Shown: positions 47,201 to 54,896 of the stretch, piece after piece
Layout of the letters: every line of letters begins with the position of its first letter
Position numbering within the stretch: position 1 is the stretch's first letter
Assembly: GCA_964490395.1 (NCBI GenBank)
Contig: CAZBAS010000001.1
Coordinates: 83,815 to 147,814, forward strand
Length of the DNA: 64,000 nucleotides
Source: an uncultured Candidatus Saccharibacteria bacterium
Lineage (GTDB): Bacteria; Patescibacteriota; Doudnabacteria; UBA920
Direction of reading: 5' to 3'
The notes under the pieces: model-generated
Databases searched by the model: none
The model's input: only the letters and a program-made list of their open reading frames with translations
What the model was told of the DNA's origin: nothing
Made by a program: the position numbers and the translations under genes

Positions 47201-48263
47201 AAACAAAAAGTTTAGCGACATACGCCTTAGTGACCTCGAAAAACCTGCTAAAATGAAAGATATGAGCAATAGTAGTATGAAATTTGCAGCCGTTGTAGGA
47301 AATCCGCCGTATCAGATAAATACTGATACTAATTTTGCAAAGCCTGTTTACAATCAGTTTTTTGAATTTGCAAAAGCACTTGGTCCTAGTTATGTCGCTC
47401 TAATAATGCCAGCGCGTTTTCTGAGTAATGCAGGGGCTACCCCAAAAGAATGGAATAAAAAGATGCTTAATGATCCGCATATTTCTATTCCGATTCACGA
47501 GTTAGAGTCCGAGAAGGTTTTTACAGGTGTAGACATAAAAGGCGGTATTGTCGTAGTGTTTTGGGACAAGAGTAATCCAAGTGGTGGTTTAGGGGGGCGA
47601 TATATCCGGTCGGAAGAGTTGAAGCTGGTATTGGCAAAAACCAAAACTGGTGGATTCGACGCTGTCGTAGGGCCAAGGGGGGAAACAAAACTAAAGATCG
47701 TTCTAGATGAAAAATACCCTAATGATTTACGTATTGCACCGAATTATTTCGAAAGGTTCCCCAATGTATTTAAAAAAATACAAGATTCCAAACACCAAAT
47801 AAAGATAATAGGTTTAGAAAAAGGGAATAAGAGAACCTCGCGATATATTAGCCAGGATATAGTTAACGACCCTAAGCTCAAAAAGTGGAAAGTATTTTTG
47901 CCAGAATCAAATGGAAGTGGCGCAATCGGTGAGGTGTTGAGTACGCCCCTTGTAGGGGAACCCCTTGTAGGGTGTACGTATACTTTCTTGCAAGTTGGCT
48001 CGTTTAATAGTCGGCTAGAAGCCGAAAGTTGCATGAAGTATATTAAAACCAAGTTCTGTCGCGCTCTGCTCGGTACTATCAAGATTACCCAGCACAATAC
48101 GAGAGACGTGTGGAAGAATGTACCTGTTCAAGATTTTACCAAAAAATCGGATATCGACTGGACGAAATCTATTACTGATATAGATAAACAGCTTTATAAA
48201 AAGTACGGCCTTGATAAGCATGAGATAGATTTTATTGAAGCTAATGTCAAAGCCATGAACTAG
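44256..48263 (+). CDS. Single-polypeptide restriction-modification-like enzyme: N-terminal GIY-YIG-like module, Type III-Res-like SF2 helicase, and gamma-class (Eco57I-like) N6-adenine DNA methyltransferase with a C-terminal specificity region
   Basis: Residues about 25-80 resemble GIY-YIG (HIYSFLTNTLPNYLKVGDTYRPIEERLNEWRRFYKDLEE; compare I-TevI ..FEKRWKRHFKDLEKG). Helicase motifs are FAPRQNQQE, Walker A MRFGKSITS, IIDETH, SGTPYR and QAIFRLQSP. MTase motif X (EVFTPSRIVSKM), motif I (VLDIASKSGVFAKGF) and motif IV (GNPPYQ at 47301..47312) follow. A TTG at 44241 is an alternative start. Confidence 0.85.
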   Translation: MAISKIDTSELRKIITGRVVPHIYSFLTNTLPNYLKVGDTYRPIEERLNEWRRFYKDLEEVSRHRAIINDEVFFRDYAVHKYLQQKGISQIPRNVSKNVYSNEFFEGAKKSDVSKAIEDIVNNYRKADIYEYYSYDDAKSLVEYHHPRTLEFAPRQNQQEVIDNFGIAVKKGRTNLLMYAVMRFGKSITSMWSAKTINSKFTVVVSAKADVHSEWKHTIESHKDFTGYRFLDKNDLKKGMRLSALYGQKFKTGSGDEEICTNIVLFLTLQDLAGSTDAIKDHHRILQSIKINLLIIDETHFGARAPVLGKILAGVEVDEEDKKLLKNDNEDSENLGALNKLGPINAEVNLHLSGTPYRILMGSEFEQEDIIAFVQFSDIYEAKLQWKRKHLDEDEWDNPYYGFPQMIRFAFNPNESSRKKLVDIAGGKPAELFEPVSKKKSGDYEIFQHEQEIVDLLEVLDGSKNDTNMLGLLDNESVKAGKLAQHIVIVLPYCASCDSLEKLVLKNKKLFRNISEYEIFNISGFNKVLATPEQIKSAIAKAEAAGKKTITLTVNKMLTGATVPQWDTMIYLKGTASPQEYDQAIFRLQSPWVKRYEGENGNVIKYDMKPQTLLVDLDPTRLFHLQELKAFTYGANTENFGNERIEEFIKRELAISPIITLNAEGNKLVEVTATNVIDEARKYSNSRTITEDVQEIGVDVSLKDNPAIFEVISKLAELGSKNGLNIRPNVEEGGEWDGVASQGDVGEFDDAIARPGKDSSGVTEDISSFERRFRTYYVMILLFAFLSNTKEKSLADVIQHIDADENNRRIARNLGLKKSDLEVFRNNLNPFIRSELDYKIQNADFRSSDDSITPVQHLDIAIHKFGRLSEAEVFTPSRIVSKMYDAFDVKFWRGAKGVKVLDIASKSGVFAKGFVENALKHGLKIEEIKNNFYSIPTSPAAYEFTRKMYQALGLNLDNIARHFNSFDLIARSEEDVRLLLSQNKKFSDIRLSDLEKPAKMKDMSNSSMKFAAVVGNPPYQINTDTNFAKPVYNQFFEFAKALGPSYVALIMPARFLSNAGATPKEWNKKMLNDPHISIPIHELESEKVFTGVDIKGGIVVVFWDKSNPSGGLGGRYIRSEELKLVLAKTKTGGFDAVVGPRGETKLKIVLDEKYPNDLRIAPNYFERFPNVFKKIQDSKHQIKIIGLEKGNKRTSRYISQDIVNDPKLKKWKVFLPESNGSGAIGEVLSTPLVGEPLVGCTYTFLQVGSFNSRLEAESCMKYIKTKFCRALLGTIKITQHNTRDVWKNVPVQDFTKKSDIDWTKSITDIDKQLYKKYGLDKHEIDFIEANVKAMN

Positions 48264-48264
48264 C

Positions 48265-49185
48265 ATGGTAAGAACAATAAACGCCGACATTTTAGAAAAT
48301 ACGCTTCGGCGGGCTGATGACCTGCTTGATATTCTTTTGTTAGATCGTACTACAGGCAAGAATATTATTTGGGCAACCGATTCGTATGAAACTTGCGGCA
48401 AGGCGTTTGCGCCTCGTGGATGCGTTAAACCAGAATTAGTTACTGGTAAGGTCTATGGCAAGCTTATTCAGCCGCGTGCAGTAAAAAGCCAAGAAGAACA
48501 GCGCCGTCGCACGAAAGATAAAGGCGAAGTGTTTACGCCACTCAAAATTGTCGATCAAATGAATAGATTGACCGATACGGTTTCTGTGAATGAATTGAAT
48601 TGGCAAGAATATATTGCTGAGCTCAAACTCGAAATAGCATGCGGCGAGGCGCCATTTATCGTCAGCCGTTATAATCCCATCGCTCAGGGTGTAGTAATAA
48701 AAATTGAGAATCGTGTGGGGTTTCTTGATAGGAAACTTCAAATTATCTCAAAGTACTGTTCAAAACAAAAAGAATGGTTGAAGTGGGTAAAACTAGCATA
48801 TCAAAGCTCTTACGGTTATGAGTGGCAGGGTGATAGTTTGCTTATTGCTCGCGAGAACTTATTATATACTTTGATTGATTACTACAATGAACAATTTGGT
48901 CGTAAGCCGTCAATTACCATACAGCGTGAATTCGCCGAAATAATTAGCTGGAATATTTTTCAAATGGATGGTCTAAAATATGTTGTGCCAATGAGCTGTA
49001 CAGATGGAATTAAGGGTGGACCTGTTCAATTAACGCTTTTTGGGGAAATCGCAAGTATTCCTAAGAAACAAGTATGCGAAGGCTGTAAATATAATAATCC
49101 AAAAAAACACAACGGTAAGTATGTTAAGATTATGGATTGGACTAAAAATAGAGCTGTAAGATTTGTGGACCTGATAAAATCTTAA
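48265..49185 (+). CDS. Degenerate gamma-MTase-like protein (motifs X and I present, no NPPY), a putative specificity or regulatory partner of the fused enzyme
   Basis: GEVFTPLKIVDQM and LEIACGEAPFIV with TaqI-like spacing, and no DPPY/NPPY. The start overlaps the upstream stop codon (TAGcATG). A C-terminal CEGC motif is present. Confidence 0.55.
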   Translation: MVRTINADILENTLRRADDLLDILLLDRTTGKNIIWATDSYETCGKAFAPRGCVKPELVTGKVYGKLIQPRAVKSQEEQRRRTKDKGEVFTPLKIVDQMNRLTDTVSVNELNWQEYIAELKLEIACGEAPFIVSRYNPIAQGVVIKIENRVGFLDRKLQIISKYCSKQKEWLKWVKLAYQSSYGYEWQGDSLLIARENLLYTLIDYYNEQFGRKPSITIQREFAEIISWNIFQMDGLKYVVPMSCTDGIKGGPVQLTLFGEIASIPKKQVCEGCKYNNPKKHNGKYVKIMDWTKNRAVRFVDLIKS

Positions 49186-49196
49186 AATAGATAATT

Positions 49197-49628
49197 ATGC
49201 CATCCAACAAACAATCAGGAGATGCTGGTGAAAAAGAAGTTATAGAGCTTATTCTGTGTCCTAATTGTAGGAAGAAACTTATGTTGCTTCCACCTAGTTA
49301 TCCATTGTTTGATGTACAGTGTACGGGTTGTTCTTTTCGGGCACAGGTAAAAACGAATCAGTCCAAGCCCAAGAAAGAGATTTTTGGTGCCGGGTGGCAG
49401 ATTATGGAAAAGGTTTTAAAGTCTGGATATATTACGCCACCTCTTATTGCGAATTTTAAATGGACAGATAAAGCTGGAGATCATCAAGAAATTCGGTTTT
49501 ATCCATTTATACCGAAAAAGAATCTTAAGAAGTACCAGCTTCCTGCGCACGCGAGGCGTGCCAATTACTGGATGTTTAATTATATTGGCTTAGACGAACT
49601 TCCGTATTTTACGGAATATATAAAATAA
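49197..49628 (+). CDS. Zn-ribbon protein with a possible PD-(D/E)xK-like nuclease core; third gene of the module
   Basis: CPNC..(24)..CTGC zinc-ribbon. GDAGEKEVIELI resembles the N-terminal helix of Hjc/Mrr-type nucleases, and D..QVK is present. It lies 11 nt after the preceding gene. Confidence 0.45.
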   Translation: MPSNKQSGDAGEKEVIELILCPNCRKKLMLLPPSYPLFDVQCTGCSFRAQVKTNQSKPKKEIFGAGWQIMEKVLKSGYITPPLIANFKWTDKAGDHQEIRFYPFIPKKNLKKYQLPAHARRANYWMFNYIGLDELPYFTEYIK

Positions 49629-49828
49629 AATATTTCATTACAAGGGTGACCCTTGTAATAGCAGTAGGGGGTTTCTTCGAAGCTGGTATGCAAAATTGCA
49701 TGTTGGCTTTTTTGTTTGGTTTTGGGTATAGTGGGGGTACGCTGGAAGTGTAAATGTGGAATTATAGGATGCGCCTGAAAAGGGTTACCCTTTTGTGGCG
49801 CGGCAGAGCAATTATTTTTTGAAACAAA

Positions 49829-50377
49829 ATGTTCTCACACTTATTTGGGTTTTGGGGCTGGGTTATTTTGGTAGTTGTGGTGGGGCTGGCGATTGTAGGT
49901 TTCTTTCTCGATGCCGCAAGGGAAGGTGTGGTGGGCCGTAGGGAGTCAGGTTATAAACGTAAAAAGTATCTGTTTGATGCAAATAGCGAGTTTGAGCTGT
50001 ATAAGATGTTGGTACGATTGTACGCGAATCAGTATCGTATTTTTGCTCAGGTGAACTATAGTCATCTTTTGGAGTCGAAGGATCGGGGCTTTGTTGCTTC
50101 CAGGGCTGGGCGAAGTCGTATAGATAGAAAATCTGCAGACTTTGTTTTGTGCGAGTTTGAATCAGCTGCGCCGTTGTTAGTCATAGAACTTGATGGCAGT
50201 GTTCATGGTACCGCGAAAAAGCATGAGCGAGATGTGTTTATAGACACGGTGTGTGCGGAGGCAGGGCTGCCCATCTTGCACTTAGAGGTGGGTAGCTTTG
50301 ATGAATTCCAACTTAAAACCCTAATACAACAAAAACTACCCGCACAACCAAACTCTAACCCTTATTCGCGCGAATAA
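49829..50377 (+). CDS. DUF2726 (NERD/restriction-endonuclease-like) domain protein with an N-terminal TM anchor
   Basis: IDRKSADFVLCEFES..PLLVIELDGSVH..RD.FID is the DUF2726 signature. Its 3' end lies within the palindrome cccTTATTCGCGCGAATAAggg. Confidence 0.55.
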   Translation: MFSHLFGFWGWVILVVVVGLAIVGFFLDAAREGVVGRRESGYKRKKYLFDANSEFELYKMLVRLYANQYRIFAQVNYSHLLESKDRGFVASRAGRSRIDRKSADFVLCEFESAAPLLVIELDGSVHGTAKKHERDVFIDTVCAEAGLPILHLEVGSFDEFQLKTLIQQKLPAQPNSNPYSRE

Positions 50378-50381
50378 GGGG
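50359..50381. repeat. Palindromic element cccTTATTCGCGCGAATAAggg (copy 1)
   Basis: Perfect palindrome. It is also found at 51007..51040 and, partially, at 13916..13935. Confidence 0.8.
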
Positions 50382-50457
50382 TAGGGATGGTGGTGTGATG
50401 GTAATTGTTTTGTGCGCAGGGCGGGTCTGGCGTTAGTTGCGGAATTTAAATACGTAT

Positions 50458-50682
50458 ATGCAAATAGTAGTACATGCTCGAGCGAGGGCGAAAGTAGAAA
50501 AAGTGGAAGAAGTAGAATCTGGAGGTGTCTTTAAAGTGTGGGTGAAAGAGCCTGCGGTAGATGGCAAGGCGAATGTGGCCATTGCAAAAGCGCTTGCTGC
50601 ACACTTTCATGTCCCTCGCGCGAGGGTGGTTTTAGTTTCTGGCGTTTCTACAAGAATTAAACGGTTTAGTATTTTAGCATAA
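50458..50682 (+). CDS. DUF167 (YggU-family) protein
   Basis: VKEPAVDGKANVAIAKALAAHFHVPRARVVLVSGVSTRIKRF matches the YggU pattern. Confidence 0.55.
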   Translation: MQIVVHARARAKVEKVEEVESGGVFKVWVKEPAVDGKANVAIAKALAAHFHVPRARVVLVSGVSTRIKRFSILA

Positions 50683-50709
50683 GGCTATACGCAATCTATT
50701 TTTATAGAT

Positions 50710-50970
50710 ATGAACAAGTACGAGCAAAAACCCGAATATATAGTAGATTTGCACGGGCATACCACGCGCGAGGCAGGGGAGGTGCTGGGGAGGTTGCTGA
50801 AGGAGCGGGCGTACAAACATGTTCGCATAATTACCGGCAAGGGTGATTTGCGCAACGGGCCAGTGCTGCGCGGTTTTGTGCAGGGCTATTTAAAAGACCG
50901 CGGCATTACGTTTCGTACTGCAAAAATACACGACGGCGGCGATGGTGCCCTAGAAGTATTTTTTCCATAA
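50710..50970 (+). CDS. Smr-domain protein
   Basis: VDLHGHTTREA..VRIITGKGDLRNGPVLRGFVQGYL..GGDGALEV matches the Smr domain. Confidence 0.65.
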   Translation: MNKYEQKPEYIVDLHGHTTREAGEVLGRLLKERAYKHVRIITGKGDLRNGPVLRGFVQGYLKDRGITFRTAKIHDGGDGALEVFFP

Positions 50971-51006
50971 ATACGTACATCCGCCCGCCCCTACCCCTTC
51001 GTTTTA

Positions 51007-51040
51007 CTCTACCCCTTATTCGCGCGAATAAGGGGTAGAG
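51007..51040. repeat. Palindromic element ctctaccccTTATTCGCGCGAATAAggggtagag (copy 2, extended)
   Basis: Perfect 34-nt palindrome. Confidence 0.8.
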
Positions 51041-51062
51041 TGAGAATGGGTGTAGAATGTAG

Positions 51063-51327
51063 ATATGAAAGAGTTGGAGCGACAATACAAAGCGCTGGCC
51101 AACCGACGTCGGCTGCACATATTGCAGTATCTAAAAAAGCAGCACCAGGCTTCGGTGGGCGAGATAGCTACGGAGATACGCCTTACGCTTATAAGGCTAC
51201 CTCTAAGCATCTAGGCATTCTGTCTGGGGTAGATGCGTTAGAAAAAGAGCAGAAAGGACTGGTTGTGCTCTACCGCCTCAGCAAGACTCAACGGCCCGTG
51301 CTTAAGCATTTTCTTGCCTTGGTCTAA
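51063..51327 (+). pseudogene. ArsR/SmtB-family regulator interrupted by a 1-nt frameshift (or sequencing error) near 51195
   Basis: Frame A reads MKELERQYKALANRRRLHILQYLKKQHQASVGEIATEIRLT then stops. Frame B continues ..ATSKHLGILSGVDALEKEQKGLVVLYRLS (ArsR recognition helix and wing). The track ORF 51040..51327 is a chimera of the two frames. Confidence 0.5.
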
Positions 51328-51436
51328 TCCTTATTCCCCCCATAGGCGGACAGGCGCGCGAATAGTTCCTAGGCAGGGTTAGGTACCAAAGAGGGTGGTT
51401 TTTATAACGGTGATATAATTTTACACGTATACACAT

Positions 51437-51775
51437 ATGACAAACGCAGCATGTAATTTAACAGATAAACATTGTATTCCGTGCGAGGGGAATGTAGCGC
51501 CGCTTACGCGCGAGCAGTTTTCGCCCTTGCTTCCAGAGGCTGTCGGGTGGGAAGTGGTGGAAGATGCCAAGATAGTCAAAGAATACCGCTTTGCAGATTT
51601 TGCCGCAGCGCTAGCTTTTGTAAATAAAGTTGGCGCGCTTGCGGAAAGCGAAGGGCACCACCCAGACATGAACCTCCATAACTTCAATACTGTTACTATT
51701 ACCTTGTGGACTCATGCCATTGGCGGGCTTTCCGAGAACGATTTCATTGTAGCAGCGAAAATTAACGCTCTGTAA
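51437..51775 (+). CDS. phhB: Pterin-4a-carbinolamine dehydratase (PCD/DCoH)
   Basis: EGHHPD motif and typical length. Confidence 0.8.
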   Translation: MTNAACNLTDKHCIPCEGNVAPLTREQFSPLLPEAVGWEVVEDAKIVKEYRFADFAAALAFVNKVGALAESEGHHPDMNLHNFNTVTITLWTHAIGGLSENDFIVAAKINAL

Positions 51776-51788
51776 AAAGACTAAGGTT

Positions 51789-52094
51789 ATGGACCGCGTT
51801 GTGTACACAAGCAAAGCAAAGGTATGGCTATACCCTGGCATGGCAGGGTGGTGCTTTGTATCGGTTTCCAAAAAAGAGTCTGCCCACATTCGTGCACTAT
51901 TTGCGGGCCTGGCTCGTGGTTTTGGTTCGTTGCCCGTTACAGTAACCATAGGAAATACTACATGGAACACTTCTATTTTTCCCGATGGTAAAACCAAAAC
52001 GTATCTCCTTGCACTTAAGGCGGAAGTGCGAAAAAAAGAACAAATAACTGTTGGGAAAACCATTTCATTTTCTTTTTATATACGTGAGCTGTAG
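51789..52094 (+). CDS. DUF1905-domain protein
   Basis: WCFVSVSKKES..GFGSLPVTVTIGNTTWNTSIFPDGK is the DUF1905 pattern. Confidence 0.55.
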   Translation: MDRVVYTSKAKVWLYPGMAGWCFVSVSKKESAHIRALFAGLARGFGSLPVTVTIGNTTWNTSIFPDGKTKTYLLALKAEVRKKEQITVGKTISFSFYIREL

Positions 52095-52132
52095 CAGCGA
52101 GTGGTATTGCTGCAGCCGCATATGGTAGGTAT

Positions 52133-52453
52133 GTGTGCTACCATATGTATATGCAACCCGTATACATAGTGCTCGGCGTAGCACTGTTTTTTATAAATAT
52201 TCTGGCTGTAGTCATGGTTGGTTTAGACAAGCAGCGAAGCGTACGCCGCAGTGAGCGTTTTCCGGAAGTGTACTTTTTCTTTCTTGGTTCATGCTTTGCT
52301 TCGGCAGGGGTACTGGCGGGCATGTTTTTATTTCGACATAAAACTCAGAAAATGTATTTTTTGGTAGGCATTGGTCTTATGTTATTGCAGCAAATAATGC
52401 TGGTTATCTTGGCCTACTCTGTATTTGTAACGCCTGTGCGCATGCCAGTATGA
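52133..52453 (+). CDS. DUF1294 membrane protein
   Basis: DKQRSVRRSERFPEVYFFFLGSCFASAGVLAGMFLFRHKTQK is the DUF1294 pattern. Confidence 0.55.
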   Translation: MCYHMYMQPVYIVLGVALFFINILAVVMVGLDKQRSVRRSERFPEVYFFFLGSCFASAGVLAGMFLFRHKTQKMYFLVGIGLMLLQQIMLVILAYSVFVTPVRMPV

Positions 52454-52857
52454 ACAAACATACACAGCTCATAAAGCAAATAGTTATAATATTTCTCGCA
52501 AGTTTTTTTCTGAATGCCGTGTGGGAAGTGTTGCATAGTAGACTCTATGTGCACTATAAAGGCGGGCCCATTACAAGCCTTATTTTGCTCCAGACTATGT
52601 TTGTAGATGCGGCAATTATCTCTGGATTATATTTCTTGTCGCGTTTACTGGGGCGTAATGCATATGCCGTAGTTTGTGTTGGCGGGCTTAGCATAGCGGT
52701 ACTGCTAGAAATATGGGCGCTTCATACTAACCGATGGGCATACACCGCAGCTATGCCGCTTATTCCAATTGTACATACTGGCCTTACGCCGACGATCCAA
52801 TTATGTATTACTGGTTTTTTGTCACTTCGTGCCTTTCTGTGCTTTGGCAAACTGTAG
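52450..52857 (+). CDS. Hypothetical membrane protein (four TM helices)
   Basis: Hydrophobic ORF overlapping the upstream stop codon. Confidence 0.45.
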   Translation: MNKHTQLIKQIVIIFLASFFLNAVWEVLHSRLYVHYKGGPITSLILLQTMFVDAAIISGLYFLSRLLGRNAYAVVCVGGLSIAVLLEIWALHTNRWAYTAAMPLIPIVHTGLTPTIQLCITGFLSLRAFLCFGKL

Positions 52858-52889
52858 GTCAGGCTTAGTTTATTGTTAGAATATAGGAT

Positions 52890-54749
52890 ATGGAAACTGA
52901 GCAACGTAGAATGATACATAACCTAACCTTTCGTGGTGAGACATGGGAGGATCGGGAGCGCGTTTTTATGGAAGGGATTGAACGCAAAGCTTCCGCAATT
53001 CGCGAAATACATCATGGCATAGATAGTGTGACCCTGGAAGATACGCCAGAGCAGGTAGGGGAAAAATTTGAAGAGGCGGCTTCTTTTATGGAAGCAGCTT
53101 TAGGATCGGAAGCCTGCGCAAAGGCTCGAGAGTTATTTAGGCTTGCTGAGAATATAGAAGCGGAGAGAAACCAAAAGGACCCGTTGGGTATTTTTCCAGA
53201 AGACCATAAGCGGTTTACAGATGAATATCGCGAATGGGTAAAAAAGGCGTATAGATTGGCCGCCGACTCGGACGTGCAGGTGTTTCACAATTCCATGGCG
53301 GTACTTAATAAATTAAAAGCAAAGAACGAGTTAATTCGCCTATATGAAAGTAGCCCTGGTTCATTGCCCAGCCATATAGCACGAATGACCAACTTATGGC
53401 CTCGGTCTAAGGAAGCTATGCTTGCGTGTTTCGAGGAGGGGGGTGGGATTGTGGGATATACCCCATTTAGTGTTAATTTTTACCCTTCTGTAAACGAGAA
53501 GGGTAGAGGGCGTGAGGGTGAAAGTGTTGTATTGGATGGCACGCATATAAATGGTACCGTATTTAATATTATCTACGATGCTAAAGATCCCGACTTAACT
53601 ACGGGTCATGAAGAGGTTCATAATAAGCTGGATGGGGCAGATACCTTAAAAGTGGTGTCTCCCGTTGAGGTGCTAAGTGCTCATTTGTGGGCTTACAAAA
53701 ATGCAGATTCTGAATCGAGTAAGGAGGCGCGCAAAAAAGATTTGCTAGGCATTTCTCCACAGGAGCTCGTCAACTTCTTGCATCAAGAGATGCTTGCCGA
53801 CGCTTTTGAATCCAATAACATTGCCGAACACTTCTCTCCTTATACGCTAAAGCCAAAAAGAAATAGCCAAAAAGAAAAATTTAGTATTGCTCAAGAAAGC
53901 TTTACTACTGCTGGTGTGGAGGCGCATAAGTTAGCAGCTTGGCTTCGACGACAAGAGAGGCTGGCGATAGATATAGAAGTTCAAGAGTATATGGCGCGTA
54001 CTTTAAATGGTTTCGAAAAACTCTACATTCAATCCGTGTCGGAAGCGCGTACTCTAGCGGCTGTGGCGGAACGTTTAGGGGAGGATGCTCATTTTGATAC
54101 AGAAGCCTTGTTGGTTGTGTTTCCTCCAACACAATATCGCCATATTCGTCAGTATTTGAATTGGAAACATGGTAAAGGCGAGGTTGAAGCCTGTATTGCA
54201 TCCGCTACTATTTCCCGAAATTTTTCCTTACAGCCAGAATCTATTGTGCGCCTCCAACAGGCCCTCAGGGAAAAACCTAACATGCTCGTGGATATGGATA
54301 AGGATTTTATAATCGCCTATTTGGAAATACAATCACTCCATTCTTACAAGTTGGGATTTGCCGTAAATGACATTGCCGATCTGCGCAGCCATGGGGCAGC
54401 CTTGCAAGATATTTGTGAGAGTCTCGGTGCGCCCGAGCTAGCCACCAAAATATACACAAGCAATTTTCGTTGGTTTATCTCTTACCAGTATGGCGCAACT
54501 GCGCTTGCTAATAATTTTAAGGACATTGACGTACTAAAATCTAAGTGTACAGGCCAAGAGTGGGACATGAGCCGTGAGGCGCTTGCTCATACAATTATTT
54601 ATTGTGGACGAAAAGGAAAGCACGGTGAGCCTATCGCCTATACAAAACTAGCCCAACTCCAGAATTCGAAATGGTGGAGTGCAATAGAAAAATGGGATAT
54701 GGTACCCTTTGTGGAAAGTATCTTATTAGTAGAGGGTAGTTATGGGTAA
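52890..54749 (+). CDS. Hypothetical cytoplasmic protein (619 aa)
   Basis: Long ORF with coding-like composition and no recognisable motif. Confidence 0.55.
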   Translation: METEQRRMIHNLTFRGETWEDRERVFMEGIERKASAIREIHHGIDSVTLEDTPEQVGEKFEEAASFMEAALGSEACAKARELFRLAENIEAERNQKDPLGIFPEDHKRFTDEYREWVKKAYRLAADSDVQVFHNSMAVLNKLKAKNELIRLYESSPGSLPSHIARMTNLWPRSKEAMLACFEEGGGIVGYTPFSVNFYPSVNEKGRGREGESVVLDGTHINGTVFNIIYDAKDPDLTTGHEEVHNKLDGADTLKVVSPVEVLSAHLWAYKNADSESSKEARKKDLLGISPQELVNFLHQEMLADAFESNNIAEHFSPYTLKPKRNSQKEKFSIAQESFTTAGVEAHKLAAWLRRQERLAIDIEVQEYMARTLNGFEKLYIQSVSEARTLAAVAERLGEDAHFDTEALLVVFPPTQYRHIRQYLNWKHGKGEVEACIASATISRNFSLQPESIVRLQQALREKPNMLVDMDKDFIIAYLEIQSLHSYKLGFAVNDIADLRSHGAALQDICESLGAPELATKIYTSNFRWFISYQYGATALANNFKDIDVLKSKCTGQEWDMSREALAHTIIYCGRKGKHGEPIAYTKLAQLQNSKWWSAIEKWDMVPFVESILLVEGSYG

Positions 54750-54896
54750 GAAAAATCACTGACTGATCAGGTTGGTTGTATGGACATTCGCTTTCATATA
54801 AACATCACCTTCCCATCATATTCTGTAAAGGCGTAAGCTACGCACGTATACAAACAACACTACGTAAGGCACTGGTTAAGTTACTGAAGTAAAACT

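Noticed and set aside
51040-51327. Track ORF called as a single 95-aa protein.
   Set aside because: It merges two frames. The biologically meaningful reading is the frameshifted ArsR-like gene starting at 51063.
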